From assembly GCA_048940925.1 (NCBI GenBank), contig JBHLOC010000023.1, forward strand, positions 1 through 64,000: a stretch of 64,000 nucleotides of DNA, in the 5' to 3' direction. Below the pieces are notes generated by a model. The model was not told the DNA's origin. It made no database searches and saw only the letters and a list, made by a program, of their open reading frames with translations. A program made the translations under genes and the position numbers. This DNA comes from Promethearchaeota archaeon. Its GTDB lineage: Archaea; Asgardarchaeota; Lokiarchaeia; Sigyniarchaeales; SOKP01. Positions 20,501 through 30,034 of the stretch are shown one piece after another; within the stretch, counting starts at the first letter, position 1, and each line of letters starts with the position of its first letter.

Positions 20501-23029
20501 AAAGATACATCTTTTGATAATCTGATAGATCCTATTTGGTTTGCATCTTATGGAGATTTGGGAGATAGGAAAGATGTAAATGCAATATTAGGTCCTGGTT
20601 ATGCTAATATGACTGTTAGAGGTGATAATGGAACATTCTCAGCAATTTCAGGGATACCATCTTCAACAGATTGGCTAAATGTGACTAATCCGGATTTTCC
20701 AGCATTACCTGATTTTAACGAAATCGATGAGGATGGTTGTCGTGTATCTCATACTTGGATAGATCCGGATGATCCTTTCCAGATTGTAAGTATTCACTGG
20801 GATAATAATATCACTTTACCGGTTAATATGTCAGATTATATTATTACATCAGTTTCATTGAGCGCAGTGATAAATGCTTCTGTCACAACTGTTGGAACAG
20901 GTCCTCTTTACCGAGGAGGCGTAGATGTAGAGGGTGATACAATTGATGGGTCTGATCCGGATTTTGCAAGAGAATATGATTATGTAAGGTTTTATGTGTT
21001 AATATCAGATTTAGATAAAAATGATGTGTTTGAAGCAGCATATAATCAAACAACTAACCTAGGGCAAGATTCTCCTCCTATTGCTACTATATCAGATACG
21101 GAAATTTTTACAAGACCAGAGGAGAGTTTAATTTCATATTTAAATACTGTTTTAGAGAATGACCCCGATCATCAAAATTTTACATTAACTTTAGGAATGA
21201 GAATATATTGTGCGGATAATGGTCAAGGGGATAGGGATACTTGGGACTCACTTCGATTTAAATCATGTAATTTTTCATTGAGTTATGAAAAAAAGATTGA
21301 TCAATTCACCTCTGTATCATGGAATCAAGATGCTAAAAAAATAAGTGATATTAGTAGTGATCCAGAAGAAGAAGTGGTAGTTAATGAAGCGATAATGAAT
21401 TTCAAATATAAAATTGATCAAAATTGGACTGAATTATCTCCTAATTCAGAATTAAGGATTCTAATTAATGGTAATCCTCATACTGAAACTGTAAAGCTGA
21501 GTACTGCTAATGAAACATTTCAAGAAGGAAAAATAGATGGATTTGATGTCACACATCTGATAACTGATGATGTAAATGTCTCTATTCAACTCTTTTTGAC
21601 AGATAAATTCAGACTAAACCGCAACATTACTGTTTCTATAGATGATGTTACTCTTAATATTACGTATACAATATTTTTTCCGCCTCGCGGATCGAGCCTT
21701 CAACTCTTTATAAATAATGAAAATAAAACTTTAGATCCTAATTTTGAGTTATATGTAGGAGAACAATTAAATATAACTATAAAATACCTTAATGAGACAG
21801 GTGTACCTATCCCTAATGCTACAGTTTCGTTATCAGGCAATTTTACAGGAACCTTGAAGGAAAATAAAACATTTGGACAATATTCTATTATTATCGATAC
21901 TGATATATCCAATATTGGTGTTAATTTTCTGACCATCACGGCTTATGCAGAGGATTATGTCAGTATGTTAATAACGCCCGTAATATCTATTATCAAATTT
22001 GATACAAAAAATCTTCAAGTATTCTTAAATAATGAAAATAAGACTCTCAATCCAGAGATTGAACTTAGAATTGAACAGGAATTAAATATCACTGTTAGGT
22101 ATAGTGATTCAATGGGAAATTATGTTCCTAATGCTACAGTAAGGCTGAAATCCGAAGGGATAACAAAAGATCTGAATGAAAGTTCAATTTTCAAGCAATA
22201 TACAACTATTATAAATACTGCTGATAGATTTAAAATTGGGCTTAATTATTTAACAATCGAGGCACAGCATATAATTCATCAAACCGAATTTGCTGTTATA
22301 AGACTCTATATTCGAAAGATTAATATTGATATTGCAACTGTATCTGGGTCAGACAGAATAAATACTCAAGCGGGAAAGGACATTACTTTAAAAGTAAATC
22401 TTAATAATACTGATTTAGGCGTGTTAGTTACAGGTGCTAATGTAACATATAGCTGGGTGAATGGTGGTGGAATACTTAAAGATCCTGATAATGATGGTAT
22501 ATATGAAGCTACTATTGAAAATATTCCGCAAGGTACTTTTACGATCACAATTTCTGCTTTTGCTGGTGATGATTATGAAGCTCAAGATTATGAGATAACA
22601 GTTGTAGCTGCCGGAGAAGATGAAGCAGCTACTTTGTTATTTCAAACATTATTTATCCTTTCTGTAGTAATTGCGTTAGGGTTAGTGAGTTATCTTATCG
22701 CATATCAAAAATACTTAAAATTTCCAAGGCCAGTTAGGAAAGTTCGAAAATTTAGAAAAACTTTAAGAAAGAAAAAAGCTCCCTCCATAAATATTGTAGG
22801 GCGAGAAGTAGCCTTTAAATCAGTATATAATAAAGAAGTAGGCACATTTCCCAGTGATATCAAGTTAAAGCGAATACAACCGAAATTTAAAAAAACTGAA
22901 GAAAAAGAAATTCCTGATAAAATTAAAGCCAAGCCGTTAGAACAAGAAATGGAATCAGATAAACTTATTGACAAATCAATTGAAAAAAAGGAAGAATTAG
23001 ATGAGTTAGTCGATAAATCCTCAAAATAA
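17591..23029 (+). CDS. Large membrane-anchored cell-surface glycoprotein made of two tandem modules with Ig-like stalks
   Basis: Four TM segments; internal duplication (PVNMSDYIITSVSLSA and LSPNSE twice each); DxNDGIYE motifs; post-TM K(Y/F)PR(Q/P)VRKVRK(Y/F)RKTL twice; many NxS/T sequons. Confidence 0.8.
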   Translation: MKKLNVKKRYFMIFILFSLILSVYSFILFSNILQNNYYKVDEKSEIDDLNKEKNPNLSAQETLTTVWYKNPTFEDPIEPIWYSELNGDLSDINATSGSGQANYEILGETHTFSEISGIPLSTEWTQVHNPDFPDFPDTATIIANEGCYVSHYWDEKSDQAPSVHWERNITMPVNMSDYIITSVSLSALVNATVQATDYDNGGIDVFGDTDVNGATYDYVKFYILFSDITKNKVYEVAAYQSTDLGKDSAGTWDYLYDTYLENEPQDKLIEYLTSVLNTDYKNFTITLGIRLWCEDSSPGLPPDDWDEDNWQDVIIKSCNLSFTYEKKIDQFNSISWNQDGDKINTTVDGTTVTIKEAKLNFKYKINENWTNLSPNSEFRIFINNNKLTETIKLSKATSDFQLAKEGGFDVTSLTLPDIKLNLSIEVYLADEFNLGVKKIISIDDVYLNITYTVNFPDTQTNLQVFFNGENKTNNPIFQISAKTDLNITVKYPDAMGNHIPQAIVELTGNLTGFLQENETLEQYTIIIDTEDLPIGEIYFDIVAHRINYEAQKVGALLTVSKINTQSLQIFLNGEEKTSFPFLDVPLNKLLNITVKYKDTTGDHISGAAVQLIGEGILEDLEEDFNFEQYTVLLNTSIKFQLGVNNLLINAEKERYQEESINPKITVRKINTQIISMTGSNNINIRPGKSATISVFINDTDFNKIIKGLTLTYTWEFGDGILKDDNNDGIYEVILNNVPVGTHYVNISAFGSDIYRFETYRITINALRPKQNMLLFQILLTIGIIASGVIAGYIYAYQKILKYPRQVRKVRKYRKTLKKKKAPSGVIKTRETTFNSAYQKELNKTSRFVKGKATFKKSEEQETPEKKRGEPKLNSGSKSENNINSNTNSTGFDKQKSFSKQKLIILRKLRLGLLKPKKIRRFISILIVTILLLSPFIISFYIYQNSKNPLRDDNSSKIRISGQKTNSTEWLKDTSFDNLIDPIWFASYGDLGDRKDVNAILGPGYANMTVRGDNGTFSAISGIPSSTDWLNVTNPDFPALPDFNEIDEDGCRVSHTWIDPDDPFQIVSIHWDNNITLPVNMSDYIITSVSLSAVINASVTTVGTGPLYRGGVDVEGDTIDGSDPDFAREYDYVRFYVLISDLDKNDVFEAAYNQTTNLGQDSPPIATISDTEIFTRPEESLISYLNTVLENDPDHQNFTLTLGMRIYCADNGQGDRDTWDSLRFKSCNFSLSYEKKIDQFTSVSWNQDAKKISDISSDPEEEVVVNEAIMNFKYKIDQNWTELSPNSELRILINGNPHTETVKLSTANETFQEGKIDGFDVTHLITDDVNVSIQLFLTDKFRLNRNITVSIDDVTLNITYTIFFPPRGSSLQLFINNENKTLDPNFELYVGEQLNITIKYLNETGVPIPNATVSLSGNFTGTLKENKTFGQYSIIIDTDISNIGVNFLTITAYAEDYVSMLITPVISIIKFDTKNLQVFLNNENKTLNPEIELRIEQELNITVRYSDSMGNYVPNATVRLKSEGITKDLNESSIFKQYTTIINTADRFKIGLNYLTIEAQHIIHQTEFAVIRLYIRKINIDIATVSGSDRINTQAGKDITLKVNLNNTDLGVLVTGANVTYSWVNGGGILKDPDNDGIYEATIENIPQGTFTITISAFAGDDYEAQDYEITVVAAGEDEAATLLFQTLFILSVVIALGLVSYLIAYQKYLKFPRPVRKVRKFRKTLRKKKAPSINIVGREVAFKSVYNKEVGTFPSDIKLKRIQPKFKKTEEKEIPDKIKAKPLEQEMESDKLIDKSIEKKEELDELVDKSSK

Positions 23030-23175
23030 GGAGTTGGACATTGAAAAAAAGGAATAAAAACTATGAATTATAATTATCAATAAATTATTTTTTTTACTTT
23101 TTTTTTCCATTCTTTAAATGAATATAGTATTTGAAATAATTCTCCAAATATATAATTTAAATTATATATCATTTT

Positions 23176-23192
23176 TCCTTAAGTTACTTATT
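23176..23192. promoter_or_regulatory. Palindromic operator-like motif TAAGT(T)ACTTA upstream of surface protein 2
   Basis: tccTTAAGTTACTTAtt directly before TTTAAA; matches 17506..17522. Confidence 0.5.
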
Positions 23193-23249
23193 TAAAAGTA
23201 AAAGGATTTTAGAATATATTATCATTCAATTTAAAGGTAAATTTAAGAT

Positions 23250-26200
23250 TTGAAGTCTAAAAGTCTGAAAAATGTAAAATTTCTCCTTACTATTATTTTT
23301 TTGTTCATTCTATCTCTAAATATTTTTACGGTAATTTTAAGCGAACATCAAAAAGTATATTTTAATTCTAGTAACTCTTTTTACAATAATGAACTTGAAT
23401 TCAGAAACAATCTACATATTTCCGCTGCTCAATTAACTAAAAAAACTTATGTAGATCAATGGATAGAGAATTCAGATTTTAATAATAACACTAATTGGAT
23501 ATCAGAAATCACTGGTGATAAAACAGATATTACTACTGACATCAATGAAGGAGTTGCAAACTTTAATGTAGAAGGAGCAAGCTACACAGAAACACTGATA
23601 TCAGGCACCCCCAATTCATCAACATCAGAAAATTGGTATAATACTACAAATCCTGATATCCCTGTTTATCCTACTCAAGGCTATGGAATTGATGAGTCTG
23701 GTTGTTTTGCTTCTCATTTGTGGGCAGAGCATAGTGGGACCACCACAAATGCCTATCAAAAAACTAGTGTCCAATGGGAAAAAGTAATAACGGCACCACA
23801 CAATTTATCTGATTATACTATAACGGATGTTTCTCTTGATCTATTAATTAATGCTACTGCAAAAGCCTATGAAGGAGGCAACGATTTAGATATTTGGAGC
23901 TGGGAAGGTGTTGAAGTATATGGGGATACCTATGCGAGATTTAATGAAGGAGATTACATAAAATTTTATGTTAGATTCTTAAATTTGGATAAAACTGTAA
24001 ATTATAAGGTTTTTGAATATCAAACTAGCACATTAGGACAAGATGGAGACAAAGTCCTCGATAGTTATGATTATCTATATGATGTCTTATTTGAAGCAAA
24101 TAATACAAGTGATCTTATATTTTACTTGAATCAAGTATTAGAAAATGGAGATTATCAAAATTTTATAATAGCATTGGGAATGGAGTTCAATTGCGAAGAT
24201 AACCAAGTAACAGATTTAGACGAATTTACTGAAGCATATATTAAGTCCTGTAATTTTACAATTTCATACATCAAAAAAATAAATAGATTAACCTCAGCAT
24301 CATGGAAATATCTTGGAAATAAAATTGATAATAGAGGGGGTATTGTTGAAATAAATAATGCAAATCTACAGTTTGATTTTAAAATTAATAAAGACTGGCC
24401 AACTAATTTATCACCAAATTCAGAAATTAGGATTTTGATAAATGATAAAGAGCATACTGAGGCTATTGGATTAAGGTATGCTGAAGAAAAGTTTATCCCT
24501 GCAAAAGCTGAGGGTTTTGAAGTAGGCACATTAATTCCTATAGCTGATGTGATAAATATCTCTATACTAATATTTCTTGGAGATGAGTTTAATTTAGCAG
24601 AAGATCTAATAATTAGTATAGATAATGTTAAATTAAACATATCGTATGATATTTTCCTTCCCACTAAGGGAGATACCCTCTTTATAGGCTTACTAATTGG
24701 AGCTTTAATTAGCTCTATTTTATTAGGAGGATATTTCATTTATTATAGAATGGTTTTAAGATTTCCTAAGCAAGTTAGAAAAGTAAGAAAATATCGTAAA
24801 ACTCTCAATAAAAAAGAGCCCCCAAAAATTACAATTAAAAATCGTGAAAAATCTTTCGGCTCAAATTATAATAAGGAGATAAAGAAGACTTCAAGTTTAA
24901 CTAATTTAAAACACATTAAAAAAGCGGTACCGAAAAAGCAAAACGCACATTCAATGAAAGAGAACCCCGAATTTTTTAAAAAACTTGTGCTTGTCTTATT
25001 TATTATTTTAGGCTTGCTTTTTATACCAATCTATGGATACCTCGTTCCTAATTCATATATTACCGAAGAAAAAACAATGAGTTTAAATTTGCTCCAGGTT
25101 GGAAACTCTAATTTATTTAGAAAAGTTTCTCATAATGAACAATGGATCGAAAATCCCAATTTTGATACAAGTGATAATTGGTCTTTATCTCAGCAAGGTG
25201 ATTTTTCAGATCTATCTTTAGATATTAGTGATGGTAGTGGAAATTATGAAATTCTAGGAGATTATGGTAAACAAGATTTTTTAGAAGATGGTACAAGTTC
25301 GAATTGGACTAAACTCCAAAATGAGGATAATATTGTGTTACCAGATAATTTTACTATTGGTGATTCCGGTATGAATGAAAGTGGATGGTATGCATACTTT
25401 TTTTGGCCAGATAATGAGCCTCAGTCGGTAAGAGTTCAATGGAGAAAAAATTTTTCGATGAGTGTAAATATGTCTGATTATTATATTACATCTGCATCAT
25501 TAAAAACTTGGATTAATGGCTCAGTTCAGGCAACATCTATGGATAATGGGGGAATTGATCGCCCAGGAGATACATTAGTTAATAATCCAAGTAATGAACT
25601 TCAAATAGCTACTGGAGATTTTGCTCGGTATTTTATCATGATTTCAGATATTGAACAAAATAGAGAATTTGTTGCCGCTCAATATCAAACCGATGAGTTA
25701 GGTAAGGATGGTCCTCCTGCTATTACTCAGTTAAATGACACTCTCATTATGCCTATTAATGAAGAAACCTTGGTATTTTACCTTGAACAAGCTTTACAAT
25801 ACGATCATCAACACTTCGCTATCACTTTGGGGATGTATTTCTGGTGTGAAGATAGTGGTCATCCAGGAGATTCGGATAACTGGCAAATGATGATAATTAA
25901 AAACTTTTCTTTATCAATATCTTATGAAAAAAAGATTAATCAATTTAATAGCGGAACATGGAAATATAGGGGAAAAAGAATTGAAGCTAATGGGTATAGA
26001 GTTGAAGTTACTGATGCCCAACTCAATTTCGAATATAAAGTGGATCAAACCTGGCCTTCTGATTTATCACCAAATTCTAGATTTAAAATTTCGATAAATG
26101 AAGTTGAACATAATGAAACAATTAGATTAAGTGAAGCAGACACGTCATTCAAGAATGCTACAGAAAATGGATTTGATGTTGGAAAAATTATTCCAAATGA

Positions 26201-26744
26201 TAAAGAGATTAATGTTTCAATCCAAGTATATATTGCAGATGAATTTGCATTGCGAGAAAATATTAAAATTTCAATTGATAATATTTACTTATGGATTTCT
26301 TATGATGTTTATATACCCGTAAAAGAGTCTATTCTATTTCAAGCATTATTTATTTTAGCTTGTATTGGTGCTGGAATTTTAGCAGCTTATACAATACTTT
26401 ATCAACGAGTATTAAAATATCCCAGACAAGTTAGAAAAGTGAGAAAATATCGTAAAACTTTACGCCAAGAAAAGATTCCTGAAGTTCCCATCTTAAGTCA
26501 GGAAGAAGCATTCAAAAGAAGATATAATCAAGTAATACTTAAAACAACTCAATTATTAACTGCTAAATTAATGCTTCGTAGAGGTGAATCAATTGAGTCA
26601 ACGGAAAAAGAATCAAAACTGCTAAAAACTACTTATAAAAAATTGGAGAAAGAATCTAATTCTGAAGAATTAATAACTAAATCTTTAGAGAAAAAGGAAG
26701 AATTGGATAAAATAGTTAAAAAATTATCTAAAGAAAGTAATTAA
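23250..26744 (+). CDS. Paralogous two-module cell-surface protein lacking the Ig-like stalks
   Basis: Same core motifs (N[LM]SDY, CED, KKIN, LSPNS, DEFxL) twice; four TMs; RFPKQVRKVRKYRKTL and KYPRQVRKVRKYRKTL; C-terminal KSLEKKEELD like protein 1. Confidence 0.8.
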   Translation: MKSKSLKNVKFLLTIIFLFILSLNIFTVILSEHQKVYFNSSNSFYNNELEFRNNLHISAAQLTKKTYVDQWIENSDFNNNTNWISEITGDKTDITTDINEGVANFNVEGASYTETLISGTPNSSTSENWYNTTNPDIPVYPTQGYGIDESGCFASHLWAEHSGTTTNAYQKTSVQWEKVITAPHNLSDYTITDVSLDLLINATAKAYEGGNDLDIWSWEGVEVYGDTYARFNEGDYIKFYVRFLNLDKTVNYKVFEYQTSTLGQDGDKVLDSYDYLYDVLFEANNTSDLIFYLNQVLENGDYQNFIIALGMEFNCEDNQVTDLDEFTEAYIKSCNFTISYIKKINRLTSASWKYLGNKIDNRGGIVEINNANLQFDFKINKDWPTNLSPNSEIRILINDKEHTEAIGLRYAEEKFIPAKAEGFEVGTLIPIADVINISILIFLGDEFNLAEDLIISIDNVKLNISYDIFLPTKGDTLFIGLLIGALISSILLGGYFIYYRMVLRFPKQVRKVRKYRKTLNKKEPPKITIKNREKSFGSNYNKEIKKTSSLTNLKHIKKAVPKKQNAHSMKENPEFFKKLVLVLFIILGLLFIPIYGYLVPNSYITEEKTMSLNLLQVGNSNLFRKVSHNEQWIENPNFDTSDNWSLSQQGDFSDLSLDISDGSGNYEILGDYGKQDFLEDGTSSNWTKLQNEDNIVLPDNFTIGDSGMNESGWYAYFFWPDNEPQSVRVQWRKNFSMSVNMSDYYITSASLKTWINGSVQATSMDNGGIDRPGDTLVNNPSNELQIATGDFARYFIMISDIEQNREFVAAQYQTDELGKDGPPAITQLNDTLIMPINEETLVFYLEQALQYDHQHFAITLGMYFWCEDSGHPGDSDNWQMMIIKNFSLSISYEKKINQFNSGTWKYRGKRIEANGYRVEVTDAQLNFEYKVDQTWPSDLSPNSRFKISINEVEHNETIRLSEADTSFKNATENGFDVGKIIPNDKEINVSIQVYIADEFALRENIKISIDNIYLWISYDVYIPVKESILFQALFILACIGAGILAAYTILYQRVLKYPRQVRKVRKYRKTLRQEKIPEVPILSQEEAFKRRYNQVILKTTQLLTAKLMLRRGESIESTEKESKLLKTTYKKLEKESNSEELITKSLEKKEELDKIVKKLSKESN

Positions 26745-26754
26745 ATAATAGAAA

Positions 26755-27309
26755 TTAATCTTTTTTATTTTTTGTGTAAGCTAGAACGATAGCATCATAA
26801 TATTTTCCTTGAAATTTTAAATATTGCTTTAAGGTACCTTCTTGTAAAAAATCGCACTTTTTAAAAAGAATTATTGATCGTAGATTATCAACAGCAATAT
26901 GAGCCTCAAGTCTATTTAATTTGAGATGATTAAATCCTATTATTTTGATTAAGTTTAAAGATTTTTCCCCATGTCCTTTATTCCAGTACGGAGGAATTAT
27001 CCAAATACCAATTTCAGCTCTCATATGTCTCCAATTTACATTCCAAAGGCTTATAGATCCTATTTTTTCTTTTTTATCTTCTCTTACTTCTATAATATAA
27101 TTGAATTGCGCATAATTATCCCAGTATTTTAAATAATTCTTTATGAGCCTTTTGGAATACTCTAAAGTTGATAATGGACCAAGTGATAAATAAGTGGTTA
27201 AATCTTTCAAATTCAAACTGTGAAAAAGAAACTCAGCATCATGTTTTGAGATTTTTCTTAGAAAGAGATTTCCATCATTGATTTCTTCGATTAACTCTGC
27301 GTTATACAT
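26755..27309 (-). CDS. GNAT acetyltransferase, RimJ/RimL family
   Basis: AEIGIWIIPPYWNKGHG, LNRLEA, NLRS, FLQEGTLK. Confidence 0.9.
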   Translation of the reverse strand: MYNAELIEEINDGNLFLRKISKHDAEFLFHSLNLKDLTTYLSLGPLSTLEYSKRLIKNYLKYWDNYAQFNYIIEVREDKKEKIGSISLWNVNWRHMRAEIGIWIIPPYWNKGHGEKSLNLIKIIGFNHLKLNRLEAHIAVDNLRSIILFKKCDFLQEGTLKQYLKFQGKYYDAIVLAYTKNKKD

Positions 27310-27417
27310 ATTATCACTAATACTGAATGTATATATCTCTAGAATTATAAATTCTTATTATAAATTTATCAAAAAAAAAGAATTAAAAAAATTATGAAAA
27401 ATTAGATTTATGGTTTT

Positions 27418-28248
27418 TTACATTCCACCAGTGAATTTAGGTTCTCGTTTTTGTAAGAAAGCCATAATTCCTTCGTTAACATCTTTAGAACCTGCATTAA
27501 CACCAAATCCTAACATCTCGAATATATTCCCTATCTCTATAGGTACCTGAGTACCAAATTTCACTGCTTTTTTAATAACAAATAAACTAGTTGTGGCAGC
27601 ATTCCCTAACCATGAAGCTTTCTCATGAATCAATTTTTCAAATTCCTCACCATCATCACATACATAACTAACATGACCCCATTCTAACATCTTTTCTGCA
27701 GGTATACGCTCTCCAAAATAGATTATGTTCAATGCACGATTCACTCCAATACGTCGAGCCATTCTCTGAGTACCTCCATTACCAGGAAATATTCCTCTTA
27801 AAATTTCTGGGAATCCAAATTCAGATCTTTTAGTAGCAATTATTATATCACATACTAAAGTCAATTCACAGCCTCCTCCGAAAGCATATCCATCTACTGC
27901 AGCAATCACAGGTTTAGGATATTGTTCAATTAGGGTATAATATTTATGTTTTTGTTGCATTGCTAACGCTTGGTGCGCGGGAATATTAGGTTTAAGACCT
28001 TTTCCCATACCAGCAGATAAATCAGCACCAGCAGAAAAAGCAGCTTTCTTAGTAATATTTTTAGTACCTCTCAGCACAATACATCTTACATTGCTGTCGA
28101 TTTCAAATTGTTCCATCGCTTCATAAATTTCTCTTAATGTGTCGGTTGTAAGGGCATTTAATTTGTCTGGTCTGTTTATAGAAATAACAGCATAGTTTCC
28201 ATCTTCATTTATTTCTACAAGTACGTCTTCAAATTTTTTTTCTGACAT
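27418..28248 (-). CDS. Enoyl-CoA hydratase/isomerase
   Basis: INRPDKLNAL, AFSAGADL, GYAFGGGCEL, FGFPE, GGTQR. Confidence 0.92.
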   Translation of the reverse strand: MSEKKFEDVLVEINEDGNYAVISINRPDKLNALTTDTLREIYEAMEQFEIDSNVRCIVLRGTKNITKKAAFSAGADLSAGMGKGLKPNIPAHQALAMQQKHKYYTLIEQYPKPVIAAVDGYAFGGGCELTLVCDIIIATKRSEFGFPEILRGIFPGNGGTQRMARRIGVNRALNIIYFGERIPAEKMLEWGHVSYVCDDGEEFEKLIHEKASWLGNAATTSLFVIKKAVKFGTQVPIEIGNIFEMLGFGVNAGSKDVNEGIMAFLQKREPKFTGGM

Positions 28249-28431
28249 TTTCTCAACTTTACTTTAATTGGCTTTTAATTTAATATTCTTTAATCTTTAT
28301 TTAGATGATTTAAAGATAGTTAGTATTATTTTTACTAGAATTAAAAATTTTCAAATAGAATTTTAAGAGCTTTTTTATTAATTACCCAAATAGTAAAAGA
28401 AATAAGAAAAAAAATATAATTTTAAAAATTT

Positions 28432-29604
28432 CTATTTATATTCAACCCATTTCCCACTCTTTAAGAGTTCACAAGGTTTAAAATACTCTACTCCTGTTAA
28501 TTCAACAAGTTCATTTAAAACTTCGACTTGGCGTTCCCATGTTTTTACATTTGCAGCCATGGGTCCGGGCATATTCATCCCTGCCATTAGTGTATCGTCT
28601 ATGACTTTCCAGCTAGTTGTAATACCTTCCTCGAGTACTCTACATGCTTCATTCATCATGATAGCTAGAGGATATTTCAACTGGTAAATCTTTGCTTTTC
28701 CTGCTTTTTTATCTGGTTGTGGTCTTCCTTTAGACCAATCTCGGAATCCTTGACCTGTTTTAGCGCCTAATTTTCCTTCATTAAATAACTTTGTTATAAC
28801 CTTTCCAGGTTTAAAGTCAGGAGAGAGTGTTTCTGAATAATACATCTGACCATGATATAATACATCAATGCCTACATAATCAGCTAAGACTGTCATAGAC
28901 ATAGGACCACCCATACCATCATTATCAAGTTGGTCCCATGAAAAACCTTCTTCAGCAGCTTTATCGAAGCAATAATTTTGATAAATCTGAGCAGGAGCAG
29001 TTACTCGATTACAAATAAAACCAGGTCTGTCTTTTAAAACTTTTGGGACATATCTTTTTCCCCTGAGGCAAGGAATATATTCTGCAAATTCTACACCTTT
29101 ATCAACGCTTTCATCTGAAGAATGATCACTGTAAATAACTTCAATTAATCTCATTAAAGGAACAGGATTGAAAAAATGCATACCTATACACTTATCTTGT
29201 CTGCCAGAATCTTTACCTATCTCAGTTATGCTCATAGTTGAAGTATTTGAAGCAAGTATACAATGTGGAGGTGCGTTCTCTCCTGCGGTTTTAAATACAG
29301 CTTTTTTAATCTCCATCCTTTCGACAACAGCTTCAATCATGATATCAGCATCTTTAACAGCTGAAGCCAAATCTGTTGACTTCTTACAATTTGCCATTAT
29401 AGTAGATGCTGTTTTACCTTCAGGTAATGTTCCTTTTTGTTCAAGCTTTTTCATACCTTCATCTATTTTAGCTACTCCCTTATCAACAAATTCATCTTTG
29501 ATATCCACCATAGTTATATTATAACCTGCTAGCAACGCCATCTGGCCAATACCATGCCCCATTTGACCCGCTCCAACGACTACAACGTTTTTTATATCAA
29601 CCAT
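28432..29604 (-). CDS. 3-hydroxyacyl-CoA dehydrogenase
   Basis: VVGAGQMGHGI, EAVVE, ASNTS, GMHFFNP, PGFICNR, LGAKTGQGF. Confidence 0.92.
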   Translation of the reverse strand: MVDIKNVVVVGAGQMGHGIGQMALLAGYNITMVDIKDEFVDKGVAKIDEGMKKLEQKGTLPEGKTASTIMANCKKSTDLASAVKDADIMIEAVVERMEIKKAVFKTAGENAPPHCILASNTSTMSITEIGKDSGRQDKCIGMHFFNPVPLMRLIEVIYSDHSSDESVDKGVEFAEYIPCLRGKRYVPKVLKDRPGFICNRVTAPAQIYQNYCFDKAAEEGFSWDQLDNDGMGGPMSMTVLADYVGIDVLYHGQMYYSETLSPDFKPGKVITKLFNEGKLGAKTGQGFRDWSKGRPQPDKKAGKAKIYQLKYPLAIMMNEACRVLEEGITTSWKVIDDTLMAGMNMPGPMAANVKTWERQVEVLNELVELTGVEYFKPCELLKSGKWVEYK

Positions 29605-30034
29605 TCTAAACCAACCTTTTTGAATTTAAAATTTAAGTTTTTATAATATGAAGTTAATTGATGTAATATTGTTTTTTTTTTAATCTTTGACATTTTATAC
29701 ACCAAAAGTAACAATCCATAATCTAAATGAATATAATTACTTATCATTTTCTAAATCCTTAATGACTAAATTTAAAAAAATAAAGTTCAGAAGCTTTAAA
29801 GATTAATAATTTGAATATTTTGAAATATAAGGAAATATGAATTTGATTTTAAAATTATAATTGATAATAAATACTCCATTTCTATTAATAATACCAAGAG
29901 TTTAATTGGTGTGTTTGTATTATAAGTTTAGAAATCGAAATATACGAATTCTTTGAAGTAAATTTAGTTATTACTAAAATAGATTTGAATCAAAAATTTC
30001 GATTTTAAAAAGCAATTATATTAGAGGAAAAATT

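Noticed and set aside
23030-23130. Decayed start of a third surface-protein paralog (TTG AAA AAA AGG AAT...)
   Set aside because: It stops after 10 codons and the similarity is only low-complexity A/T sequence.
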